Assembly (NCBI GenBank): GCA_964187785.1
Contig: OZ076409.1
Location: forward strand, 14,758,001-14,822,000
DNA from: Amphiscolops sp. MND2022
Taxonomy: Eukaryota
Direction of reading: 5' to 3'
Length of the DNA: 64,000 nucleotides
Below, piece by piece: positions 13,143 through 25,891 of this stretch (its first letter is position 1; each line of letters begins with the position of its first letter). The position numbers were made by a program, and so were the translations under genes. A model generated the notes under the pieces. The model saw only the letters and a program-made list of their open reading frames with translations. It did no database searches and was not told where the DNA came from.

Positions 13143-14682
13143 GATCGGCGCGTTGTGGACTTTGCGAAGACATTCGGCGAAGTCTGGACTTGTTTACTTG
13201 ATTTGTCATGTTCGAGCCAAAAATGCTGAAAATTACAGATTTGGTAGTAATACGATTTTCAAAATCGAAAAGATAGAAAAGCGCAATTTATGAGAACCTA
13301 TAGCTCTATCGTATGTTATTGTTGCATTCGTTTTTTTTGAGCAAAAAATTGCCAGCGCAACGGTGCTCCCGAATAAGTTATACTATAATTCAAATGAACA
13401 TCAATATCGAAGTGCCAATTAATTAATAGCCATTAAGGAGTACATTGAAGTTGAGTGCCTAGCAGCAACAAAACGAGATCATTTCACTTTGTTTGGATTA
13501 TTCTAATGATACCAGCCGCCGTCAAATTTAGTTGAAAATATATTTATACGCAGCGGCCTGTATTCGGAAAACAGGAGAAAATAGCCATTCATGGCAATAA
13601 AATACCTAGGAATTAAGGTTTCTACATTCCCTGATTTCTATTATTCAAAAATAGTTACATGAGCCTTTCGTAGGAGTGCGGAAAACACTTACTTCTGGTG
13701 CAATTTATGTCTGCGAAGATCATTTTCATTCAAATGTTTGACGTTCCAAAAATTGGTATATTGATGATCATTCAGTTCTTGTAGCGCTGCATCAAAGGTA
13801 ACACGTGGTTTAAAAATTTTTTGAATTTCGTTTTTGGTTGAAGCCACATCGGGCTCTTTTGCCAAAGGTTGAGCACATCGTAGGGGCTTCAGAAAGCTGG
13901 ATATGGGGCTGAGGGGAATCGGATTCATCACGAAGTTACATTTCAACCTGAAAACATTCACATTTTTGACAATATGCAGATCGACAACTTTGTGCTGACA
14001 TAAACCGAAAATAGGCGCGCTGTGCTTGGACCCGAGCTATCACAGCTGTAGGCCAGTAAAGCCCAAAATGCATGCCCAAACGAAACATGGAACGAGATAG
14101 TCCCCCAGACAACGCGAACAAAGAATATCTGAAGCGATCTACAGGGATTGTGGCTACCATGAATAGTAGTATGCGTTATCGTTTATTTCGTTTTTTGGTT
14201 GCAAACAACGGTGTTTGTCATCTAGTCTCTATATGATGACCTAAACGGAACTAGATAAATGACGACGATCTATGTCATCTGAGAGAGGTCTAAAAAGCGA
14301 TACTTCTAATTTCTCCTAAGCCTTTTTTTCTTTTTTTTCCTTTCTCTATCAGATACCAGAAGAAAGAATTTGAACTTACTCTGATGCGTATATTAATAAA
14401 TGAACGTATACAAAAGAATATTCAAACAACTAAATGAACACAGCACCAAAGGGGACCTTCCAAAGGTATTCCTGATAGGGGGAGGACCCCACAAACACAG
14501 GGGCATCAGCGAAAGACTTCGTCTGCCAGAAGTTCGCAACATATTTTGTTCTTGAGTTTCATTTAGTGGTGTTTTCCCCAAAGACTTTTTATCAAGTGTT
14601 TTCCAGTTTGAAAGCTACGAAAGGTTTCCAATCTTTAAACCTGGGAAAAAGATCAATCGTGAGAATTATAGACCTATATCAA

Positions 14683-15670
14683 TGTAACGTCTGCCACCGG
14701 GGGTGAACGGAAATGGGTCGAAAGAAATGGGTCGAATCGCCTCCTGTGCCATGGGTCGAATCTTCACCGTTTCGGAATTGGGTCGAATGGACTTGGGTCG
14801 ACCTTGAAAAATGCCAAGTTCAAAGGAGACAACATATTGATTTCGGACTATTCGACCTCAGTCAATTCGACCTAAGTTATTCGACCAAAAGGGTCGACCT
14901 AATTCTTTTCGAACTATTTCATTCGACCTATTTCATTCAACCCACTTCATGCAATCCTGCCACCGGCATGACCAAAATTTCGATGAAAAATTCGAAATGT
15001 GCGATGTCAAACCAGAAGAAAAAAGATGGCCGACCTAGCAGGAACAAAAAAAGCATGAAAGAAAAAAGAAAATACACGGAGAGCGAGCAAGAAACAGAGC
15101 ACGTGTGAAAGAGTTGCAGAAATGGATGAAAAATTGCCAGAAGATGAAGAAACATCAGCAGAAAGATCATCGGAATGTTGTGCCATCTCCTTGGGAAATC
15201 AACAACATCTGCAGAGCCTTGCCAGAGGCAAAATATGGATGATGGACTGAAAACTGTAAAGTAACTGGGGCTTATCCCCGTTTTCCCTTATTATTTCCAT
15301 ATTTCCCCTTTAGTATTTGGAAGATGTTTGACCTTCTAGGTCTTTTTATATCTTATTTGCCAAATACTATCTTTTCCAGCTGATCACCGTTTTTGACCTC
15401 GGAAGCATGTAGGAACTCGTAGGAACGCACTAGAAACCTTAGGGAACGTTTTTACAGGCTTGTGGGGCGTGTCCGGACTTTGAGAGTGCCGGTGCGTCGC
15501 TTCGGAGCTCTAACTAGAGAAGCCTCCTTAGACGTCAGAAAAGTCCCCGTAGGAGACCATTTTGGTACCAAAAACTAGTGTCTAGGTATGTAGTAAGACA
15601 ACGGTCTCCTGTTTAAGCATCCTAGGCATTGTCCCTCTTCCTAGATGTGCGTCGCTAGCCGGTCGTTACA
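14683..15670 (+). repeat. 5' LTR (contains a 257-bp MITE)
   Basis: Starts TGTAACGTCTGCCACCGG, ends GCCGGTCGTTACA; matches 33214-33944 apart from the insert and scattered substitutions. Confidence 0.95.
14701..14957. mobile_element. Mutator-like MITE (GGTCGAA subterminal repeats) inserted in the 5' LTR
   Basis: 9-bp TSD TGCCACCGG (14692-14700, 14958-14966); absent from the 3' LTR; GG..CC ends; inverted GGTCGAA/TTCGACC arrays. Confidence 0.88.
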
Positions 15671-15686
15671 TCTGGAATAGTTTTTA

Positions 15687-15704
15687 TGGCGACCACAGAG
15701 GGAT
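15687..15704 (+). promoter_or_regulatory. Primer-binding site, tRNA-Arg(TCG)-like
   Basis: TGGCGACCACAGAGGGAT is close to the reverse complement of the metazoan tRNA-Arg(TCG) 3' end; it lies 16 nt after the LTR. Confidence 0.75.
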
Positions 15705-18662
15705 ATTTTTCATTTTGCGTATAAGTAGGAGCAACTTCTGCTTTCCGGCCCCGAAGGGTCCAGATCTAGGAAAACTTATGGGAGAGTCCTAGATTATTCT
15801 TATCGCCTTTTTCTGGCCCTTTGGGCTTTGTACTAATGCTGTCCCTGCGTTTTCCGCATGTTTCCGAGGTCTACTTAGAAAAATTAAAGGTTTCTGACAG
15901 TGTACCCCCTTTAACCTTACTAAAGCCTAATAAAAAAGCTGTTCCGGCCTATCCGGAACGTGTTTTAAGGGGTTTTCTAGCTTGATTTTAGCTAATTTGC
16001 AATGTATGGGGACAGAGAGGACGAATGCTGAAGGCTTCCACCAGCTGTGCTGACGTGACGACGTTTGCAGTACGCCACGTCAAACGGGTGAAATCGTCCA
16101 TTTTCTTATTTTAACGGCCCAAAAAGAATATTCCCAGGCCTATTCCCATTACAACTAACTGAGAAAAATACCCAAAGGGTATTCCGATCAGTTATTAAAA
16201 AATTTGAGCTTGAAAACCTCGAAAATAACGTTATTTATAGCTCAAATACCAAAATTTTCAATTTTGAAAGCCAATATTTCGTCAAAAAGAGTGAGGCCAG
16301 TGGGAATACTAGAAAAACGTTCCAATAGACCCCCTTGGTCAGAAACAAAATTTTTTGTGGGGCCAATTTTCCAAAAACAGTGAGAAATTCAGCGATTTTT
16401 GTTTAAAAATTGTCAAATTTGGCCATTTTGACCCAATTTGTTAAGGGCAAAGCATTGGACATTAGCTTCCAAGCTTCTGAATCAGCCCAAAAACCTTTTC
16501 CCCTAGCTTGGTAGTACGAAACACTATTGCCAAAAAGCTTTTTAAGGCTCCCCAATAGAAATTGAAACTTTAACAACTTTTTTCTCTTGATATACATAGA
16601 CCTGAGTAGAGGACCCCATAGACCTGAGAGATATAACATCAAAAATAATATTTGAACGAACCCCAGCCCCCTAAAATAAGTTGTCATTTTCCATTCAGTA
16701 CTATTGGAACAATCCCGAACGTCCAAGAACCGACAGATAGAAATTTCTTGGTGAAAACACGTTATTTCAGTGTTGTTCCGAGAGTGTAGAAAGTGCAATA
16801 TGAAAATTTTTTGAGAGACCTTTTTTGGAACCTACCAGGTTTCGCTTGCCCATTTTCTGTTAGTATAAAGTATAACGTTACAAACGCAGAAAACCGCGAG
16901 TGATTCCAACCAGTGGTTGTTGAGAAATAGCCGAAAACGCGTTATTTTTGCGACATTTTGGGAACCATGTAGTAGTGCTTCCAGCACTAGTCGAAATCTC
17001 TCCTAATAGAAGCAGCCTCAAACAGATTACACCATCGTGTAGCTCACAAAGAGTTACGTTAGTGGTGTAATTTTTGTAGCGCTAGCATTACTAGTGATTA
17101 AGAAATCTTAGCCGCAGTTTTGCTCAAAAATCGTGTGAAAATGTCGAAAAAAAACTTTAGTTGAGCATAGTGCAATACCTTGCAGGTATCCCAGCACTAA
17201 AATTCTTGCATTTTCTTACGTACTGCACTAAATCCCGACGATTTATGCAATTTGAGCAGCCAGTGGCTAGCCAAAGCTGAAAAATCGACATTTTTGTGAA
17301 TTTTGACCCGTCAATGTGGTACCTCTGGTACATCAAGGTTTTATCACCTCGAATAGCCAAGTATCGCCCCAGGCACCTCGCCGCCGTGTTTTTCCAATAC
17401 CTGGGCACAAGGTACGCTCGCACGCAAAGTTTCAGGTAGCCAGGACGCCTACAAAGCGAGTTTGACCACTTTTTACAAATTACACGACATAGTCAATTTT
17501 TCAAAGAACATTATTAAAGGGCCGCAACACCCACAGGGTAAATTTTGGCACAATCGGCATTCAGTTCCCCACGATTCAATTAATGTAGTATACGGAGTGA
17601 AATTTTCAAGTCACTACGAGCCCGGGAAGTGATTTTCACCCTTCCCAGACGTGCCGATTGACGACAAATCCGCTAGTTTTGCGAAAACTGAACAGAGCAC
17701 GGCACTCTTTCAGTCCCAAACGACCCGTATAAGGACTTGAACATAACCCTTAAACATAAAGAGCACCCCCTACGCTCCCAACAGAGTCGCATTAACCGCC
17801 ATAGCAGTGCTTCCAAAACCAAGAGCCTCCAAAAAGATGCCCAGTTGACCAAAGAAATTGCGCACTTTAGTACCGAATTTGCTAAAAAAAGTGAAACTGT
17901 AGCACCATCAACGCAACAGCCTCAATCAAAGTTACCTTCCAAACTAAACGCCTTCTTCCATACTAGTTACCGAGTCCCGTTCCAATCCCCATCCATCCCA
18001 CCATACCCGAATCCGAAAGTCGGAAAGACTAGGTGAGTGACAAGCTTAGCCAGTCGAAAGAGCGCACTGCGCTTGAAACATCTATCTCGACCATTACCAT
18101 TCAACCCAATCTACCACCCACAGCACTAGCCACAATTCAATAGGCTCCTCCATAGCTTATTCCAAAGTAGATTAGCAAGTAGAACGTAAATAGTCAAAAA
18201 AAAACTTTTTCTGTTTGATAAATCAAAAATCCATTTCCCTCCACTCTGTGCAGACAGAGAACGAAACTTCAGTTAGTATTAATACATAGAATTACACTAG
18301 CCCAATTACCAAAGGTAGTACAAACTTTTTGTTAATCGCGACCCTATGATCTCACCCCAACCACAGCGCGACCACACCCATGTAATCCAGTTAATTTTAA
18401 TTTTGAAAAACTGCAACGAGCACCTGTTATTACCTTCCATCCTCTCTTTCAGGGGGACGAACAAGACAAATAAACCAAAAACACCATTGTTCAAAAATTC
18501 CCCTTTAGTTCACGATCAGAATCCAAACGCCAAAAACTAACCAGAAAGAACTGGAACCCTCCCAAAAGCTTCCATGCTACTGATCCTTTTAGTAACGTAA
18601 TAGAGGACGCAACCCGTTGGGAGACCCTTACCGACAACCCACAGAAACCAACTATTGCAGAT

Positions 18663-21106
18663 ATGTTTTCAGAACTCATGTCTGACTATATTTCCAACAC
18701 GGAACAAAACATGGAGATGACAACCGCAGCCGAACAACTCGGTTCGTCGCAAGCTTCCCCTGATAGTACTGATCCAGTGGATAGTACCGGAAGCACCACG
18801 CGAAACAACGCGTGGCCCCTTCTAGAAGTCACTGACTATAGCCTAGAGGAGTGGTTAAACTCAAATAAAAAACCCCCGTATGAAACAAGTGAAGCCGAAG
18901 AAACGGCATCACAAAACAGCAATCACTCAACTCCTGTAGCGCCCCCCGCACTCCTTCGATAAATAAGAACCCGCTGGATTCCCACGCATTAGACATTAAC
19001 GCGAATCGAAACGATCAAACCCCCTTTCTAAGCGGATACGCACAAAAAGCAGGGCCATCCACGGCACCTACCAAATCAAATGACAACCAACCAACACAAG
19101 TGGAAGACAACCCATTGCGGTACGTCTTTAGGACACCTCCATCAAGAAACCTGGATCTTGTCCCAAGACAAATAGACAAACCAAACTACACACCTAACTC
19201 CAGAGCCAGTGCAGGCACGGCCCCAGACTCGACCGTAACCAAGATCACAAAAGAATCACAAGCCGCGAGAGAAGATTTTCGAAATACCCTGGCCCAATTG
19301 TCACAAGTACATTCACGATTGTCACGAGAAAATACTGAACACGTGATGAGAGCTGATGTCATTATGAGGGACATGGATGAAATGAGGAAAGGCCTGTTAG
19401 AAATACAGGCTGAAGGACGTCAGAGCCAAGGAAGATTGGAAGCATCCATGGCCTCTCTCAATGACTTGATAAAACAAAGAGAAAACATGGCAGACACACG
19501 CATGGCCGAAATGTCCGCAGTGATGAAAGAAAGAGATCATCAAGCACACGAACGGATGAAAATGATGTCAGACCTCATGCAACGCAGAGAGACTGACGCA
19601 AACACCAGAATGATAGATCTGATGACCACGATGAAGGACCTGACATTAGGAGTGAGAGCAATGGCAGCCCAAACTGCAGCGGCTCAGGCAAAAATAACGC
19701 CAGCGGCGCCAATGACCTCTCACTCAGACGAACTGCCTTCCACCAGCACTGCCCCAAACCCAACACAAGCCACCTACCGCAAAATAGACCAGTCCAACGC
19801 CGAGCAAAATGAACCTCTGAAGTTGATACCACCTGCAACATAGAAAAAAGATCAACCACGAACCAACAAGATGATGAGAGTAATCAGAACAGAATCCTGC
19901 GATGTGGGCACGGACCCACTAACCAGTGTCTCATTTGACCCTTTTGCTCGTGGTGCATCAACAACGGGAGATTATTGTTCACCCGCAAGCGGCATGACTA
20001 CAAGAGAATCAAACTATTATACCGCCAAGACCAACATCAGCGAGAAATCCTCCAAGCAAGCATACTTAGATTTGATCCCGCGGCCAGTGGCAACTAGCAC
20101 GCAGCGAAAATCCACGACAAAGAGAAACTTAGAACAAGACAACGACGAGATGGAACAGCTTCCAGAAACGCCAAGCGCAACACCCGACACCCCAAGAACT
20201 AGCCAACGACAAGCATTGGCGGAAGCGATTTCAACCGCATTGTCCAAAGGCTTGGAACCGCTGCTCGCGGTGAAAGAATCGAAGAACAAACCCACGAAAT
20301 ATCGAGGGACCAAGGACGGAAACGCCGACGGATGGATGATGTTGATGAAACGTCACTTAGAGAAGGCACATGCCAGAGCGACTCCCCTCGACAAGGCCTG
20401 GAATATAATAGAGTATCTAGGACACGAGGCCCGAGACTACATCACCAATAAATCCGAGGCGGAAAGAGACACCGACGAAAAAGTCTTTACATTACTGGCA
20501 CGACGATTCGGAACTGGGTCAAGCAAGATCCATATACAGCAACAATTCCGAACACGCAACCAGAACAATGAAGAAGACTACATGCAATATCTCGATGCCC
20601 TCGAGGGTCTACGCAGCCAAGGCTACCCTAACGAGGAGGTGATCGTTCGCAGATACGAAATAATGCAAAAATTCATCGAAGGTGTACGCAACTTCGAACT
20701 AAAAAGAAACCTCGCACTGATGTATGCGCAAGAACAGTACGTTGAAGCACCTCCAACAGTAGAAGCGCTTCGCTTCACTGTTCAAAAATACCTGCGCATG
20801 CGCGGTTCTAATCGTCCAGAGAATTATCAAATGGCTCCGCCTCAACAATCTCAGCCTCCGCAACCGAATCAACAACCGAAATTGCCCCAGACAATTCCAC
20901 CACCTATACAGCAACCCCAACAAGTTCCACCTCCACCACAATTGGCACCCTACCGACAACAACCCCAACGAGCATGCTTTAACTTCGTGATCGATTGCCC
21001 ACTCAAAGACCATGCACGAAAACCAATACAACAACAAGTAAATTCTTGCCACACAAGCCCATCTGGTGGATGGACTTGCCCTTCACAACCACACGGGGGT
21101 GAATAA
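18663..21106 (+). pseudogene. gag: Gag (long low-complexity/coiled-coil N-terminus, capsid domain, damaged Zn knuckle)
   Basis: KPTKYRGTKDGNADGW...RFG...FRTRNQ...YLDALEGL...FIEGV is a Ty3-type capsid pattern. CFN-FVIDCP is a knuckle with a deletion. In-frame TAG at 19841-19843; upstream frameshift. Confidence 0.85.
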
Positions 21107-24100
21107 CGAAGTACACCCAGCATCACTACCTATCCAAGGGACTGTAGCCTTCTGTATCAATTGTGGATGCACTGAGCATTCCGCATCAGAATGTATAGCC
21201 CCAGAATACCCTAGACAAGAAGAACAAATTAGGGCAACATGGTATGCTCCGCATACCAACCAGTTTGATGGCGTACCGCAGGATGATCAAGTTAGAGTAA
21301 TCTCGGTAGCAGAGGCCGGAGGCCCTTCTCGTCCCGTCGTCATTACTTGCGGCGAAAAACAAGTGCTTACCACGCTAGAAGCACCCGCCCCGGACTGCAC
21401 CGAGACACTCATATCTATTCACTTACTCCTCTCGGCTGAACTAAAATCGCGTCCCGAACTGACACTAGCGCAATTAAAGGAAGACCTGTGTAGAAACACC
21501 AAGTATACAATCACCGCTCGACCGTTACCGCACTTCACCCGGGAGGACGAGACCAAATTAGCACCAATCCAAAAAGTGAAGACAATTTCCCCAGTACCAG
21601 TGGCCATTAACGTAGACGGGGTCGACTTGAAATTTGACGCCATCGTAGTAGTAGAAGGTTATTTCCCACAGGGATTATACCTGGGTCGCCAGGAGTTGAG
21701 GTGTTATAACATCGGAGTGCAAGACACTCAAGGGGAAGCTCGCATTGACGAACGAGCATCACTGGTAGTTGCCTTTGGCAGCAACCTCCAGGAACCCATT
21801 CCCTTATATGGTATGATCGACACGGGTTCAGGTGTCTCTATTCTCTCCCTTGCCGCTTACCAAAAGATTGCTTCCGCCCATTCATTGAGCCTCATGCCGT
21901 ATGACGTCCAGCTATACGCAGCAAACGGCAAAACCATAACGACTGTCGACATGGCTGAGAGTGTGAGCTTCCAATTGGGTAGCCACACACTGAAGACCAA
22001 CTTTATTGTCATAGTTGACCACCTAGGAGCTGAAGACTTCCTGTTAGGACGCAACTTCTTACGCACCTATTATGTCCTCGTGGATTTGACCGCAATGAGG
22101 GTCACAATCCGAGACCCAAAAACTCCACGCCATTTCAAACCTGACCATGAGGTTAGTGACCACGAACCTTCGTTGGTAGTGTCCACCGACAAAGTTGTAC
22201 TAGGACCTTTCGAACGTAAGTTGGTTAGAGCACAGGTCATCACACAGGACCCCAACCAATATCGTTTCCGTAATGTAATGATACGCCCCAGCGGGATGTA
22301 CAATCGAAGTTCCTTTATTTCAGAAGACACCCTAACTTCAGTGGGAGACGACGGCACGGTGTACCTAACCATAAGAAACAAAACCGCTACCGAAAACGTG
22401 CAAATACCAAGCAAAATTGTCCTTGGCAAGGCGGAGCCTACCATTTTTATGTTTAGACCGGTTTCGGTCGACCAAGCCGATGGAACCTCCATGCCTCTGA
22501 TAGAACAAGTTAATAATAATAACATTGTTGATCTTGACGACACAAGCAGTGAATTAGGTTCTTTCGCACAAAACTTCCTATCGTCTACTGAGTTGTCGGA
22601 AGAGGAAATGTCGGAAAGTGAAAAACGCGCCCAAACCAACCCCAACCTATTAAAACCAATACCAGGCCCTGACCTACCCTCTGTCCTTTCGTCTTGGGGG
22701 GAGGGAGCGAGAGAACAATTAGCAGAAGTTTTAAACGAGTACGACGACCTCTTTATGAAACATAAGGCCGACATAGGAAAACGTACAATAGCAAAATATC
22801 GTATTGAATTAGAACCACAAGCTATCCCCCACAATGAGGGCGCAAGGCGAATGTCTCCAGACAAGGCTGCCAAAGCCAATCAAGAAGTAAGGAACCTCTT
22901 AGCCTTAGGCTTAATCCAACCCTCCTACTCGCCTTGGGCTGGTGGAATAGTAATGGTAAAGAAAAAGACAGGCGAACTTCGCTTCTGTTGCGACTTCCGA
23001 CCGCTAAACGACGTAACAGTAAAAGACGCATTCCCCCTTCCCAGAATAGATGAAAGTCTGTCCAGAATAGGTAACGCTAAGATCTTCACGAGCATCGACC
23101 TAGCGTGGGCCATTTGGCAAATACCACTGAATAAACGCGATAGAAGGAAAACAGCATTTGCCTGTGAATTGGGTTTGTTTGAATGGCAACGTATGCCCTT
23201 TGGGCTATGCAATGCATCCGCCACCTTCCAACGATCCATCACTAGAGCGCTACAAAAAATCCAACAGAGACACGGGAGTGTCGTCATGGCCTACATTGAC
23301 GACATAGTGATTGCAACCGAAACAATGGAAGACCACATAATGAGAATCAAAGAAGTATTCGAATGTCTCAGAGAGGCAGGCTTCAAAATGCGAGCAGAAA
23401 AGTGCGACTTCATGCGCACGGAAACCAAATATCTGGGACGAATAGTATCAGCCGATGGAATCAAGCCCGACCCAGAAGCAGTGGCTAAAATCCGAGAGTG
23501 GATGCCACCAAGGAACGAAGAAGAACTCCAAAGCTTCCTAGGATTCGCCAACTACTATCGCGATTTCGTCCCATTCCACGCCGCCAAGGTGCAACCCATG
23601 CAGGAATTGCTAAAGAAGAATCAACACTTCAGTTGAGAAGAAAGGCACCCAGAAGCCTTCGACTCGGTGAAACAAGCCCTATCCGACGCTACCACTCTAG
23701 CTGCACCGAATGAACAAGGACGGTTCGTGCTAGATACTGACGCCAGCACGGTAGCGATCGCAGGTATTCTACATCAAGAACAAGAATACAATGGCAAAAC
23801 CATCCTGAGACCAATAGTATACGGCAGTAAATCACTGACCAAGACCCAACTGAACTATGGTGCCCCCAAGCTGGAAATGTATGCAGTGTTTTACTTCGTG
23901 GAGAAATTCCACTCATACCTAGCAGGTAGAGAGTTTACGCTTCGCGTAGACAACCAAGCCCTGTCATGGCTCAAAACTTACTCCATGGACCAAGCCATGA
24001 TTGGCCGTTGGATCGCACGTCTAGACCAATATCATTTCAAAACGATCCACAGACCGCGTACGCAACACCGAAATGTCGATGGACTCAGCAAGCGCACCAA

Positions 24101-25891
24101 CGACTATTTTAATCTCGAACAAATCCTTAAAAAGCCACCAGAGGTAAGCGAAGGATTCAATTTCATGTCACAAAAAGACTACGACGAACTCCCCACAGTT
24201 CCATACTTCGACAAACGTGGTCATCTAATTCCAGACCACCCAAAACTCCCTCCAGAAGCTCGAGCTCAACTACCCCTGTTATACATTCTTCAGAAGAAAC
24301 GAAAGAGCAAACAGCCCGAAGAGCCAACCAGGATTACCCCCTGGTATCCCGAAACTCAATGGGAAACCACACCGACTCTTGAAGAAAACGAACGACCTAA
24401 CCGAATTTTGAGCATAACCACAAGAGTGCCTCCGGCACGAATAGACACCACTAAACCCGATCCAACTCTAAGGTCACTCCCTGTCGAATGTCAAAAACAA
24501 GCAGACGTTTTGAGAACCATCGATGCAGAACTGCACGAACACCACCTAACCAAATATGGCCTCCGAGACCTACACATGGCTCAGAATAGAGACGTACATC
24601 TCTTGGCACTGAAGAAACTCATGAAGAACGAGCCCTTAGAAGGTCCAATGTTCCCAGATTAAATACAAGACTTCGCCAAGAGGTATTACCATCAAAAAAA
24701 GGATCTACTTATCTTAAACCCTGACGACATACTCTGCGTCAATTACGTTCCTCAACAACGTGCTCTCCACGTACGCCTTTGCATGATAATCATGCCGCAA
24801 CTTTTCCAACACGAAATCTTGTATCGAGCGCACGATGAATCGGGACATCAAGGCGTGGGAAAAGTGCTGGCCAGGATACAAGAACGACACACTTGGCCAG
24901 GAATCAAAAGGGACGTAGTAAACCACATCAAACAATGCTTAACTTGTCAACAAGCAAAGCACCCAGCAAAAAATCCTTGCTACCTGCAAAGCATCAATAG
25001 TAGCAATTTCAACGACCTGGTTCAATTTGATCATTTAAAGCTCTGCAAAACAGACTCTGGCAACACCGGCCTTTTGGTAATAATAGATCATTTTACCAAA
25101 TTTGCGGAAGCAGTCCCATGCGCTCACGACGAATATGACGCGCAAACCACGCCAAAATCTATCCGAAATAAATGGTTTGCCAGGCATGGCACTCCTGCTA
25201 GGATGCAATCAGACAATGCGACAAACTTCACCGCTGAGGTCGCCCAGGAACTTATGAAAGCCTCTCAAGTCACCAAAGTTACGTCTACCCCAGCACACCC
25301 CAGAGGAAATGGACTCGTGGAGCGACAGAATAAAACTTTACTCACTTTGCTCCGAGTCTACACATCGCGCAGAATGCAAGACTGGGATGAATACATTGAT
25401 GGAGTCCTAGGCGCATATAATTCCACCCGAAACGCCACTACAGGGTTTTCACCCTACATGCTCCATCATGGCGCAGAAAAATCCATCCCACTATCATTTA
25501 TATACCCAGAGTTCGCAGCGCGAGGCTTTGATTCCCAAGAAGAGTTCGTGGAAAACCTATTGGCCAGACAACGAGAAATCCATGAATTGGTTCGAAGAAA
25601 CACTCATCAAGCTCAGCTTCGGCAAAAGCTAAAATTCGACCGCCACGTAAAAGCAAAAGCGCATGCCGTCGGCGACGCTGTCTGGGTTTTTTGTCACAAA
25701 TCCCCAAAGGTGGTACTCGCAAGCTTATACGCGCTTGGCGCGGACCCCACAAAGTCACCGATGTACTACAAGATGGACGTCTCTACGTACTCGACACAGG
25801 TCAAAAAGTTCACTACGAGAGACTAAAGAAACACGTACCAGCCCCTGGGACTGGACTACTTACCAACCTTTTGGACCGGATCAAAATATAG
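21066..25891 (+). pseudogene. pol: Pol: CCHC knuckle, protease, RT, RNase H, integrase
   Basis: CINCGCTEHSASEC; IDTGS (D at 21819); RMPFGLCNA and YIDD (23292); DTDAS..E..DN; HDESGH..CLTC, QFDH..SDN..VER; WRGPH. Stops at 23634 and 24660; frameshift near 25700. Confidence 0.97.

Larger units (their letters stand above)
8230..13200 (+). pseudogene. Decayed LINE ORF2 (APE endonuclease to start of RT), triplicated by the tandem array
   Basis: Motifs across frames: LIAGDLNSRH, NDDEPTF..SVIDLFIL, NLEKADW, WKTYKVIFLRKPG..DY..SSYR, QKGFRPPRST. Many stops and frameshifts. Confidence 0.75.

Noticed and set aside
13689..14160. Minus-strand ORFs ending near a GTAAGT donor
   Set aside because: No recognisable motif, the frames are broken, and no partner exon was found.
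14713..15170. Lys-rich and hydrophobic ORFs in the LTRs (also 33125-33420)
   Set aside because: Produced by A-rich LTR and MITE sequence; start points are not shared between the two LTRs.
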